A model generated the notes under the pieces. The model ran no database searches, had not been told where the DNA came from, and saw nothing but the letters and a program-made list of their open reading frames with translations. From the NCBI GenBank assembly GCA_051362555.1, contig CM120641.1, positions 20,398,001 to 20,462,000 of the forward strand: a DNA stretch of 64,000 nucleotides. Reading direction: 5' to 3'. The stretch comes from Lingula anatina. Taxonomy: Eukaryota; Animalia; Brachiopoda. The translations under genes and the position numbers were made by a program. Positions 56,601 through 64,000 of the stretch are shown piece after piece; positions within the stretch are counted from its first letter, which is position 1; each line of letters begins with the position of its first letter.

Positions 56601-59600
56601 GGTGAATTTGTTGGGATTGATACAGTCATTCTGAAAAACAAAAATTAAAAAAATTGTGACCATTAAGGCAAGCACCATTTCTCTTGCCACAAATACAAAT
56701 ACAGTGAAAGCCATACTTAATTTTTCATTTCTGTGATGAATTCTCATCAAGTTTACATTATGTTTTATTTATAAGTTTTGTGACAAACTGATGATAGTCA
56801 ATCTCAAACAATATACAGAATTTTGGATACACTGATCATATTAACTGTAAATTACATAAGCAATCAACTCATATGCGTGTACAGACATTTGCCTGTTGCA
56901 TGTGAGCAGTTCTATACAGCAGCTCTATATTGCGTGATAACCTTAAACATCCCCTGTTAAAACCAGTTGGGGGGGATACCAGATTCTTACTTTATCCAAA
57001 ATCAGAAGTGGGAATTCATAACTGAAAGTATATTATTTAAATTACACAACCATTTGGGATGGATCGAGATATGATCCCTATTTTATGACATACTGGGACA
57101 AAACCAACATTACCCCATACTATAATGCTGCAAAATGAATGGCACCTGATGGCAGATGCCTGACCCCTAATGACCAAGGCATGAACTTGAAGCTGGCATG
57201 ACATGGCAAATGTTGATGCCACTGCGATGCATCAGTAATGAAATATGAGTGTTTTTCTTTTTCTTTTTTTTTGTAGGTGATTCACAGAAGGAGGACTCTG
57301 CTATTAATCTATAACTGTCAATTTGAAAATGGAAATTCAGACAGTGAAATAACAACAGCCAGCTGGACTCTGGGATGACCATGTCAAAACAATGGCCACA
57401 TTCACATCGAGTTGAGCCATGGCTCTACAAAGCCACGACCTAAATATGGCGGACGTACATGAAAGGAAAACCGCCTAAACTTTTAATAGTCTCCCCGCCT
57501 CTCACATGCCTCCCCATGCATCGTCCCTGTGGGGGTATAGTCATTAAGTCTTGACTCCATTGGGACGACACATGGGGAGGCGTATTTAGGTCGTAGAGCC
57601 ATGGCTCAACTCGTTGTGAATGCGGCCAATCTTGAACCACAAATGAGCCACCACTACCCATTTTGGTGGTCATCACTGCAGGCTCATAGCTGGGGGGGAG
57701 GGTCCAAAACACTCCCTATTTTGCTGGGAAAAGGTCCATTCTGGGTAAATTTTATCTAGGTAAACTAAGGTTTCATGACAAAAGGTCAACTTTTTCAGAT
57801 AAAGAACCCTCCTTTTGCAATTGCTAGCTACAGGCTTGACTGGTTGGTTCATCATGTCTGGCGGAAAACATGAAAACCAAGTACATTCTTAAAGACAAAA
57901 AACTACTGAAAAGCACAATATCATGTTTAAATTCCATTATTGCATAGAGTGTTTGCATAAAGTTGTATTATTTTAGAATGTATATAAATAAAACGAATAT
58001 AAATTAATCAACTGTCAAGGTATGCGATTTTCTATTTGATTCATACAGTTTTGCGTACCTATTTAATTTTATAAATATAAACTGAGTATTTCCATTCTAT
58101 TGTACTTGTCATCTTTTCCCACACAGATGATATGTGGTGTTCTGGTATCTCAATCAACCATCTAGATCCTATTTCACAGGATAACATGCAACACAAAACC
58201 TCACGTTTGCATGATGCATTTCTGTAAATTGAAAACCGACAAACTATAGATCATTCAGTTGAAACTTGAGAGCAAAGTCAGCGTTTCCTCTTGACAATCC
58301 TTTTTTGTTCAATTATACAGGTAGTTTGTATTGGTATATTGACGCATAAACATATCACAACTGCCATCTGCAGCACTGGCTAAAAAAATTTGCTGTTTTG
58401 AAATAATTACAGTAATAACTTTATTATTTCTAACCAGTCAATTACATACAAAACATGGGGGGGGGGGTCACAAAATTGTCTTGTTAGTTTTGGGGCTAAA
58501 ATGTCATTAGCCTACTAATTCAGACTTAGCTAAGAAATATCTATTTAAGTCCCCTTAGCTCCCCCTTCTCGATCTTTTAACCACCACCACTCCCTTTAAC
58601 AAATTGTGAGCAGTGGTGACAATGTTTGGCAACCTGACTAGCCTTATATGCATATAGGTGCTTTACGTGGCTAAATATGTGGTTACCTTTGGGAAAACTA
58701 GTAATATTTTTGAAGTTATACCATTCAATTTTTCCACTCCAATATCCCTTCATGGTAGTTTCTGGTGTCACAGCTTTAAAAATCCTACCTTTCCATGAGG
58801 TAAACCAGCGGCTTCCAATGCCTTTTCTACACGCTTTCTATCTTCCCTTTGCTGGGCAAAAGTCTTTAATACACTGAAAATCAAATGAGGAAAACATTTT
58901 AAAACACCTGAAATTCCATTCCATTTTTTTTAGTTCAAAATGCAATGTACAGATTACACCTATTTGGCTGTAACTGACTGATTTGTTGCCACTTTTTTAT
59001 CCTGTTGCTTTCAATCAATCAATTAGGAGAGAAGAAAACAAACAGATAAATATAAATATACATATGTCACTTATGCCACTTAAGGTATTTTAAGGAAGCA
59101 AGTTTACGTACTTGTAATGAACTGAGAATTTGTCATCTTTTTTATTTTTTTTTTTTAACAAAATTTAGTAAATATATACTTATTGCAAAATATCTGTTAA
59201 CTTGGGGGTCCAAAATAAATGACATTTTGGACAAAAATCTACCAACTGAAATACCACACAAACTCTATTCATCCGATGTCTTAATGAAATTAAGTGTTTT
59301 ACAAACAAAGATCGCTTATAACTATAAATGCTGTTGTGCACCACTAAAAGCATGAGAGAAATATGATTTCATAACCTTTGTTGCAAAAAAATTTACCCAA
59401 TGTGGCATGATAGAAAAAAATGCAAACCATATTTGGTCAGAACAGAAAAGTTTTCAAATCATCTTCCTCTGATATAGATAAATATACTTTTTAACTGAGA
59501 TTTTCCCTTCTGCATTTAACACAGAAGAAATCTTCACATGTGTCTTCTCCAGGTAAGTGAGGGCATTAGCATTATTGCTCAATGGGCTCCTCGAGTATTC

Positions 59601-60311
59601 TAAGACACACTCTGCCCATTCCTATAAACCAAACAGAATGAAACAATTTACAGTTTATCACGAAAAGGTAACAAGTCATCTTTTCATCAAAAACAAATAA
59701 AAGAGACATTGCGATCAGTTTTGGGTAAGGATGGGTTCACAATGAATCTATTGTACTAGCCACTCTGCACTTACTCCATGAGGACTCTCACTAAATGCAA
59801 TCAGATGTACAGACTAACACACCTCCTCTTGCTTCCAAGGCACCAGCTTTTCTATATTTTAATCAATGTTAGCAGGAGGCATGTTAATCAGTAAACTTTA
59901 TTGTATTCAGCATGGAGTTAGTGCACAGTAGCTAGTATGACAGATTCATTGTGATTGCACTCTAAGAATTGTATATGTTGCATGTTTCCTGAAATCGCTT
60001 ATCTTTATTGCATCAATTCACCTAAAAATGACCCTTTAATGTGGAAACACACCATGATATTTTCAACAGTTTTTGAGAGAATACACTTCATAAAGGGAAA
60101 ATGTGCCTGAGAAAGAGGCGCTCAGCCACTAAATAATGTAAAAATTAATAACTAAGGCAATCCCTCTCACCAAAGCGCACTCTTTGGAGTTACATGTAAA
60201 GTTAATCCACTGCACGCTGATGTGATCTGTGCCATAACATATAGAGACAGTTTTGTCCTCCAGTGCCACATCGCGGGCCCCCATGGTGCACGAGTCGCGT
60301 AATTTGCCTTC
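20690..60311 (-). CDS. PLCB: Phospholipase C beta (PLCB1/2/3- or Plc21C-like), multi-exon, 5' end outside the window; 27 coding exons, about 1198 aa
   Basis: Spliced translation gives PH, EF-hand, X-box ([28 protein letters not shown]), acidic X-Y linker, Y-box ([28 protein letters not shown]), C2, Gq-binding HTH (ALANPIAY) and a coiled-coil CTD. All exon phases join in frame. Confidence 0.96.
21361..22844 (+). mobile_element. Degenerate Tc1/mariner DNA transposon (about 1.5 kb) in the last PLC-beta intron
   Basis: TIR remnants CTCAAAAGAAGT(C/T)AGGGAA at both ends; the right end CAG runs into (TA)n; decayed transposase inside. Confidence 0.82.
21740..22642 (+). pseudogene. Tc1-family transposase pseudogene
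   Basis: Fragments [37 protein letters not shown] (FQQDNA-like) and a terminal HT.Y* (GGHTRY-like), with many stops and frameshifts. Confidence 0.78.
23759..23845 (-). CDS. PLCB: PLC-beta exon, distal CTD ([17 protein letters not shown]...ERQK)
   Basis: 87 nt, tttcag acceptor, gtggg donor. Confidence 0.83.
24378..24435 (-). CDS. PLCB: PLC-beta exon, distal CTD ([19 protein letters not shown])
   Basis: 58 nt, restores phase 0. Confidence 0.85.
24484..24951. mobile_element. Truncated hAT-like MITE
   Basis: Right terminus GGCTACGGCCCTG; GC-rich internal hairpin GGGGGAGACCCCC; left TIR not found. Confidence 0.55.
25138..25409 (-). CDS. PLCB: PLC-beta exon, distal CTD (...[12 protein letters not shown])
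   Basis: 272 nt, KDK.EL.R motif. Confidence 0.88.
25591..25785 (-). CDS. PLCB: PLC-beta exon, distal CTD coiled coil
   Basis: 195 nt, AG/GT, phase 0-0. Confidence 0.85.
26103..26218 (-). CDS. PLCB: PLC-beta exon, distal CTD ([14 protein letters not shown]...[12 protein letters not shown])
   Basis: LEELKQ..F.K motif; the acceptor could also lie 6 nt downstream in the same phase. Confidence 0.85.
26573..26671 (-). CDS. PLCB: PLC-beta exon, CTD linker ([11 protein letters not shown]...TTKLA), symmetric phase 1
   Basis: ttttcag acceptor, gtaag donor, 99 nt open in the required frame. Confidence 0.65.
27375..27428. repeat. (AT)n microsatellite
   Basis: Direct reading. Confidence 0.95.
29031..29247 (-). 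CDS. PLCB: PLC-beta exon, Ser/Thr-rich CTD linker
   Basis: 217 nt open frame, ttccag acceptor, gtaag donor, phase 0-1. Confidence 0.8.
32037..32134 (-). CDS. PLCB: PLC-beta exon, proximal CTD/Gq-binding HTH ([25 protein letters not shown])
   Basis: 98 nt, AG acceptor, GTAAG donor. Confidence 0.93.
32450..32695. mobile_element. Foldback MITE with TTAAG/CTAAG flanks
   Basis: Inverted segments GGAGTCTCA/TGAGACTCC and CGGCTTAAATGTCTGTCA/TGACAGACATTTAAGCCG. Confidence 0.75.
37808..37912 (-). CDS. PLCB: PLC-beta exon, C2 end ([14 protein letters not shown]...DYVPDAFE)
   Basis: 105 nt, AG acceptor, GTAGG donor. Confidence 0.94.
38731..38830 (-). CDS. PLCB: PLC-beta exon, C2 ([16 protein letters not shown]...[12 protein letters not shown])
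   Basis: 100 nt, AG acceptor, GTATG donor. Confidence 0.94.
39151..39312 (-). CDS. PLCB: PLC-beta exon, C2 (VLSGQFL...[13 protein letters not shown]...[16 protein letters not shown])
   Basis: 162 nt, AG/GT. Confidence 0.95.
39855..39964. mobile_element. Small MITE or inverted repeat, 25-bp arms (22/25)
   Basis: GTGGATGTTGACAATGAAAGAGCCA ... TGGATCTTTCATTTTCGACATCCAC. Confidence 0.7.
40092..40246 (-). CDS. PLCB: PLC-beta exon, Y end/C2 start (LAMQLN...GYLLKPDFM...FDPFAES)
   Basis: 155 nt, AG acceptor, GTATG donor. Confidence 0.95.
40719..40843 (-). CDS. PLCB: PLC-beta exon, Y-box ([24 protein letters not shown]...VALNFQ)
   Basis: 125 nt, hallmark Y-box motif. Confidence 0.96.
41164..41832. 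repeat. Tandem duplication, unit about 300-320 bp, about 2.2 copies
   Basis: CTTCA..CC.TGG.ACTTCAA..TTGAAAATG recurs at 41164, 41464 and 41784, with matching interiors. Confidence 0.85.
42240..42506 (-). mobile_element. 5' part of a reverse-oriented Helentron-type non-autonomous element
   Basis: Palindrome TACAGACACA-TC-TGTGTCTGTA next to a (GGCATC)n microsatellite and an A-rich terminus. Confidence 0.7.
43092..43176 (-). CDS. PLCB: PLC-beta exon, Y-box ([13 protein letters not shown]...PVDFV), followed by a U12 intron
   Basis: 85 nt, donor GTATCCTTT. Confidence 0.94.
43472..43568 (-). CDS. PLCB: PLC-beta exon, Y-box start ([28 protein letters not shown])
   Basis: 97 nt, AG acceptor, GTAAG donor. 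Confidence 0.94.
43848..44113 (-). CDS. PLCB: PLC-beta exon, acidic X-Y linker ([14 protein letters not shown]...RQRMKKEK), GC donor
   Basis: 266 nt; the phase-0 junction is AAG|gcaaga. Confidence 0.85.
44168..44216. repeat. (CA)n microsatellite
   Basis: Direct reading. Confidence 0.95.
44773..44851 (-). CDS. PLCB: PLC-beta exon, X-box end ([26 protein letters not shown])
   Basis: LPSP..L..KIL.KNKK motif; gtgcg donor gives the required phase 1. Confidence 0.88.
45136..45220 (-). CDS. PLCB: PLC-beta exon, X-box ([19 protein letters not shown]...YP)
   Basis: 85 nt, AG acceptor, GTAAG donor. Confidence 0.93.
46134..46192. repeat. (GT)n microsatellite
   Basis: Direct reading. Confidence 0.95.
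46306..46453 (+). repeat. 5' LTR (148 bp)
   Basis: TGTTG...CGACA, identical to the 3' LTR by eye. Confidence 0.97.
46454..46471 (+). promoter_or_regulatory. Primer binding site, tRNA-Leu type
   Basis: TGGTGTCAGAATCGGGAT directly after the LTR; 16/18 match to TGGTGTCAGAAGTGGGAT, the complement of the animal tRNA-Leu(CAA) 3' end as I recall it. Confidence 0.8.
46504..50493 (+). CDS. Gag-Pol polyprotein (capsid, two Zn knuckles, protease, RT, RNase H, integrase), 1329 aa
   Basis: [13 protein letters not shown] and [14 protein letters not shown]; protease IDTGA; [20 protein letters not shown]; RNase H VDAS, EREMLA, TDHKPL, ADALSR; integrase HYAH..CPPC, ADLF, TDNGPQF, NGFIER; domain order PR-RT-RH-IN. 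Confidence 0.97.
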   Translation: MTHKLQDKNGFRITKKKGKKKMEHMYGIQPPHMDWESMDLPRTLKLFKEKCELIFEGPLDAVSEERQVKFLLLWIGEKGREIVKTFNIDDPDVLTSYWQKLEEYTKPKSNFRIQRFKLRACRQEAGESIDSFVRRIRLVANECKYTDVDQHIIDTLIFGTNSERIQAKLLQREDDLTLDQALVIARTEEATKKQIEDLHSTSAKEIHALRPSGNSQRGRPRYRQPQPRTPHQQTQSRVPNKQRSRQPLQECGKCGTEHVFQQCPAKGTICLRCGKPDHWKRVCRTKTVTASTHSKTVHSVANESDSSSVNLDSIYVDSIQSKQYPVKPFADIEVKVGNSTSTLRCKIDTGAEGNVIPLSSFKKLAIQQPLKPTNDTITAYGGSKLPVCGIATLTFTNDKVMVTSDSYIVDCEGPIILGMETSQKLGLVTLNINTVTRQSILSEYKDIFEGIGKLDGEYHINIDPTVSPVVHPPRRVPIALQPALKDELDSLVEQGILSPVTQPTKWVNSCVCVTKPNGKIRLCLDPKNLNTAIRRPHHYTPTLDDILPQLSGARYFSILDLRSGYWNITLDEESSLLTTFNTPFGRFRYNRLPFGLSLSQDVFQAKIEEVFKDIPGCTGIADDLIIAGWQEDGSDHDATLRVVLDTARKKGICFNEDKMILRKEEIPFFGHIIGKDGLKPDPAKVEAINVMNEPRNVSELQTFLGMTNYLSRYIPHMSQLTSSLRDLCKKDSVFQWNAEHSIAFNEIKREIANATNLQFYDSSKSLTLQVDASSYGLGAALIQDKGPVAYASKALTETESRYSNIEREMLAVVFGLEKFHHYVYGRHVKVETDHKPLEAIFKKHLHNAPPRLTRMLLRTQCYDTEIVYVPGKNIGLADALSRMKPCDGDDIKGLDITVHELHSYMNASPTRIEQIREETSKEPQLAALREMISVGWPATRSECPEILHPYWNYRDELGIADGIIMKGNRMIIPTVLRPDLLKQLHYAHQGVEKCKQRAKSSVFWPGMNNDIEHTVGLCPPCQKHQAANSKEPLLPADVPPRAWHTLAADLFYWRQTDYLLVADQYSKYPLVRKLPNTSSGSVIAHLKSIFEEHGIPEILKTDNGPQFSSEGFKNFANTWGFTHITSSPMYPQSNGFIERMVQTVKSLFQKAWESNSDPHLSMLCLRTTPIDHNLPAPCELLNNRKYKTNIPAGQSQLNTDYNVALQKRQEASKTHYDQHVKPLAPLHEGEFVRMYDTQNNTWQPAKVKTVSDKPRSYYVESNGGNYRRNRKHIHKTKEHFDFRNNEIEETDEPLVDITNTETVTKCETPQSQPLRRSSRNIKPPERLNL
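50779..50794 (+). promoter_or_regulatory. Polypurine tract
   Basis: A10GGGAGA abutting the 3' LTR. Confidence 0.9.
50795..50942 (+). repeat. 3' LTR (148 bp)
   Basis: Direct repeat of 46306-46453. Confidence 0.97.
51069..51295 (+). mobile_element. Short degenerate Helentron-type (DINE/HINE-like) element
   Basis: ATTATCTCTGCCAG start, GGATGGATCTTGAT-AAATTT and AGATTTTGGTGA core, CCTTGGCTAAGGTCTGTGCT...TAGTT end. Confidence 0.65.
51830..51996. mobile_element. hAT-like MITE, 167 bp, 5-bp TSD CTGAA
   Basis: CAGGGGCGGAT...ATCTGCCCCTG termini; internal GGAAGAC repeats. Confidence 0.82.
52471..52550 (-). CDS. PLCB: PLC-beta exon, X-box ([26 protein letters not shown])
   Basis: 80 nt, AG acceptor, GTAAG donor. 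Confidence 0.95.
53227..53384 (-). CDS. PLCB: PLC-beta exon, X-box ([30 protein letters not shown]...[14 protein letters not shown])
   Basis: Conserved catalytic motifs, 158 nt; not in the ORF track. Confidence 0.95.
53590..53658. repeat. (GT)n microsatellite
   Basis: Direct reading. Confidence 0.95.
54964..55110 (-). CDS. PLCB: PLC-beta exon, EF4 and X-box start ([16 protein letters not shown])
   Basis: Catalytic His motif, 147 nt. Confidence 0.95.
55747..55913 (-). CDS. PLCB: PLC-beta exon, EF region (GAKKRPYLT...[13 protein letters not shown])
   Basis: QRDPRLNE motif, AG/GT, 167 nt. Confidence 0.93.
56530..56630 (-). CDS. PLCB: PLC-beta exon, EF region ([11 protein letters not shown]...DIDQIFDK)
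   Basis: AG acceptor, GTAAG donor, 101 nt. Confidence 0.9.
57394..57627. mobile_element. MITE related to 6891-7117, AAT target duplication
   Basis: GGCCACATTCACATCGAG...CTCGTTGTGAATGCGGCC; shares GACCTAAATATGGC and TACATGAAAGGAA. Confidence 0.85.
58789..58873 (-). CDS. PLCB: PLC-beta exon, EF region ([28 protein letters not shown])
   Basis: tttcag acceptor, gtagg donor, 85 nt, restores phase 0. Confidence 0.9.
59488..59621 (-). CDS. PLCB: PLC-beta exon, PH end/EF1 (EWAECVLEY...NAEGKISVK)
   Basis: AG/GT boundaries, 134 nt; not in the ORF track. Confidence 0.88.
60171..60311 (-). CDS. PLCB: PLC-beta exon, PH domain (EGKLRDSC...[11 protein letters not shown])
   Basis: ttccag acceptor, gtgag donor, 141 nt, phase 0-0. 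Confidence 0.9.
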
Positions 60312-61577
60312 CTGGAAAATCAAAATAAATCATTGAGTCTTTGTTAACTTATTAATTAGTGTTTGATATTACAGTAGCCATTTTATGAAAGAGCAAAATC
60401 ATTATTTTTTTAGTCTCAGTCTGTTTCATGTCATCTGAAACATTACCTTGAATAAGTCTTTGAAATTTCATTCCATTAACAGGCACAGGGAAATATATAT
60501 TCAATACAAACCAATTGAAAATCAATATTTAAAGCTAAACAGGTTAACATTGATATACAATAAAGACTGGAACATGATTCTAAAAAAGCATGTTGTCTTT
60601 GCAAAAATAAAGGTGCAAAAATAACTTCCATAATGATCCTTTTATTGATTATACTGCCATTATGCAATACAACTGTTACTGCTATTGTCACGCTACTTCT
60701 TCTTTGCCCATAGTCATCGCCTAGTTCATCACTTGACCTATGTGGACTGATAGCACTCTACCTAGTATTCAAGCAGGTGTTCATTTCTCAGCAGTTGTTA
60801 GAACACCATTATAACACTATCACTGTATGCCAGCAGCTCATCCATGGAGAGAATAATTGAGCTTTCAGGCCGCACATCAAAGGCTTCCATGTTGGTCGTA
60901 ATTTAGACTGGCTTACGATAATTTTGATTTTGGATCGATTTTGAAGAAGTTGAAAAAATCCATTATTTTCTGAACTAACCTCCCTGGATAGAAGAATTCA
61001 GCTAAGATATAGCAAAGGTGTCGATCCATGCTTGACGATAATCTGGTCTGGTTTTATATAACCATTCCTAACATAGACCAATTTTGAAAAAAAAGTAAAA
61101 ATTCAAATAGAGTGGAACTCTGAACCAGGTTGAAAATAGCAGCAGCAGTTTAAATTACGTTAATTGGGAGTCATAGCCGATAGGGGATTCAAAGATTAGT
61201 TTAGAACAATACTAATGAACATTTCTGAACACTGATAAAGAGTAATTTGTTTCTAAAGAGATTACGTAAATGTGTTTTCTACCTGGCACAACAAGACTAG
61301 TCTCTTCTGATTAGCTTTCTTATCACCATTACAACAAGAGAAAAAGAAAAACTTTTTCTGCCATATTTCTGAACAAGTTCATCTGGTCCAAAATGGCACC
61401 AATGACACAAATTTAGCAAAATTAAATTTAAATGAAACAATCAATTTCTTTAATCAATTAACCTAGTTGACCTACACTGATAGGCCACAATTTATCTTCT
61501 TCATAGATGCTATTTAAAGTGATAAAATGCAATAAACACCCTATGCTTTGAAACTATGAAACTGACTTCAAACAAAC

Positions 61578-61840
61578 ACAGAATGGGTCTATAATGGAAG
61601 TGAATCCGACCATATATCTATAATGGACAAAATAGGTCTAAATTACAAAAGGTGCGACTCTTACCAGACACCTTTAATGGACAGAATAGGTTTAAATTAT
61701 AGAAAGTGTGAACCTGACTATGTATCTATTACGGACATAGGTCTAAATTATAGAGCATACCTGTCAATCTGAGCATTTAATACAGAATAGGTCTAAATCA
61801 TTGGGAGTGTGAATATGGCCATGTATCATTCTATAACAGA
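61578..61840. repeat. Degenerate tandem repeat, unit about 50-54 bp, about 5 copies
   Basis: ATAGGT(C/T)TAAAT recurs near 61632, 61686, 61737 and 61787. Confidence 0.7.
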
Positions 61841-62475
61841 CTTTTCACCTAGAACCAATTACTTTTCAATTAAAACTTTTCTGCCTCTCACTGCTGCCAG
61901 CAAGGGAGTTTAAGCAGTTTATGCAAGATAAATTGATTCTAATCCTTAAGTGTACACTGGCTGCAGCAAGGCAACGGCAGCATGACATGTGTAATGATGC
62001 ATGATTTATAGTGGACTTAGAATGATAACGTGTTCTTGCGACAAGAAGCCTGATAAATAGCCTACTTTATATTTAACGATGTGAGCATGTCCCTTCAAAA
62101 TATTAACTGTAAAATGAAGTAAAGCCGATAATGACCAAGGACATTGAGGAAATATCCAAATATTCAAAGAACCTGACAGAAAATAGCCATCATCAGCTGA
62201 TGATAGTTTTACCAAAAGTGATTACACCTTAAAGGCATATAACGCATGTTAGATCTTTGCATAGCAACAATTGGGTTTTCCTGGAAATTTTAACAATTTC
62301 CAAGTTAATCACCCACATATATCATATCCAAAACTGTTCATAAAATTATACATAAGCCTTATGATTAGTTGCCTGTAAATGGAGACAGATAATGATAAAT
62401 TCCTCTGATGACAATAAAAATTGAACAGATTTAGAAATGGAAAATGTGTCCAGAAAAATCATCACTTTAACTTAT

Positions 62476-63860
62476 GGGCCATTCCGTGGTATTTTTTTGC
62501 TGTTATGGAAGGACATTTGACACTTCAAATGAAAATATTTTCAAAAGTAAAAAAGTTACAAGGTCCATTTTTTGTATGTTTATTCTTCTATATATAAGTT
62601 ATAATTAGGCAAAAAATTAGGTTTAAAAAAATTAAAGTTACGAAAAAATTATAATAAATAGTTAGCATCTCGGAAGGACGTGAAATGGACATGTAATTTT
62701 AACTTTCAACTTCAACACTAAAATTCTGCTCTGTCTGTGTAGATATTTTAAAAATCAAATCAAAATATGAATATTTGATTATTTTACTTTCTCAGTGAAT
62801 AAAAATTTTTTTGGAAAAAAATAATAAATTTGAAAATTTTGCATATAAAAAAATCAAGTAGGCGTCATGGAAGGACACATCTCGGAAGGACGTTTTGTCC
62901 ATTGCTAAATAAAATGTAAAATAAGGCTAATAATAATATTTTATGAATACATACCAGCATAATTTTGATGAATAATATCAAATGTAAACATGTCTTCCCA
63001 TGGTAATATATTTCATCTTCAAACATGTTACTAATTTTGACTATAATATAAGTTCTCATCTGCTCTGATCATCTTTAAATAATATTGGGACATTTTTTGA
63101 GAAATTCTTACCAAATCTATTAATTATAAATATAATCAATTGTCTAAATTATAATAACTTCAAAATTATTCATTCAACTGAAATGTTTCTCAGTTTAAAA
63201 ATGCTTCTATATATAATAATTGTGAATTTTAAGTTCAAGATTATCTTGAAAGACATAAGGGTTTTGGGGCTCATTGGTCACATGACCTGTTATGGTCCAA
63301 TCAAAATGCCCCATACGTGCTTCCACTGTGCTAGGTGTCATGTTTAATGCTTATATATTTGGATTTAATTTCTTACTGAAGTGGTTATAAGCAAAAATAA
63401 TTTCATATTTTGTTGGCCCCTTTCATGGTTGAGGAGAATATGAAGTTATAAGTTTTTAACTTTTGTAGTTACTGAGAAAACTTAAAAAATAGGTACCAAA
63501 ATCATCTCGGAAGGACAAATTGATATTGATTAATCCATTATTTTATAATCAAATATTTTTTTAATCTAATGCACCTGACTAAATGTAAGAAATAGGTTAT
63601 ATTTAATGTATTTAGCCTTAATTGTTTAAAATGATCTCTATTTTGAAAAACATATCAAAAATAAAAATGTCCTTCCGTGACACTATTTTATAAGTTTTCC
63701 AGATAAAAGTGTCAATAAAATCATAATTAATCATCAAAACCTAAAATTTCTTTTGGATTCTGGTGTCTTATGATGTCTGGTTTCAGAAATTATAAGTTTT
63801 ATAAGTAGGATTCCTCTTTGAAATTTTGAGGTCTGCGGACCAAATACCACGGAATGGCCC
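62476..63860. mobile_element. Non-autonomous TIR element, 1385 bp, 19-bp perfect TIR, 4-bp TSD TTAT (Sola2-like)
   Basis: GGGCCATTCCGTGGTATTT ... AAATACCACGGAATGGCCC; CATCTCGGAAGGAC repeated at 62666, 62878 and 63503. Confidence 0.85.
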
Positions 63861-64000
63861 TTATCTATTTTTTTAGTTTGCTATATGAAGGTCTAACAGA
63901 AATTATATGCATTTTTTTAGGCAATCCCAGGATATCAATTGGGGGGGGGGGGGGAGTGGGGGGGGGGTCTTCCTTTGAGATATCATGTGTTGGTTTGATC

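Noticed and set aside
60312-64000. Missing N-terminal PLC-beta exons, including short minus-strand ORFs near 60800-61030
   Set aside because: No PH-domain motif such as IRDTRTG and no good donor; the first exons are probably beyond the window.

Overview
AT-rich animal genomic DNA, probably from an invertebrate (the repeat families suggest a marine lophotrochozoan, which is an inference). The main feature is a minus-strand phospholipase C-beta gene of the PLCB1-3/Plc21C type. I traced 27 coding exons by hand from 60311 to the stop at 20690 with consistent splice phases (3597 nt, about 1198 aa); the first exons lie beyond the window end. The gene has a U12-type (minor spliceosome) intron and a GC-AG intron with a competing GT donor. 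One intron carries an intact, very young Ty3/Gypsy Mag-like LTR retrotransposon (46306-50942: identical 148-bp LTRs, GTGAG TSD, tRNA-Leu PBS, single gag-pol ORF). The window also holds a Tc1 fossil, Helentron-type non-autonomous elements (one with a 163-bp tandem array), and several MITE families with readable TIRs and TSDs. A CpG-rich first exon of a second minus-strand transcript lies near 14.5 kb. I found no clearly novel multi-gene system; the best leads are splicing and C-terminal oddities in PLC-beta and the young retroelement.
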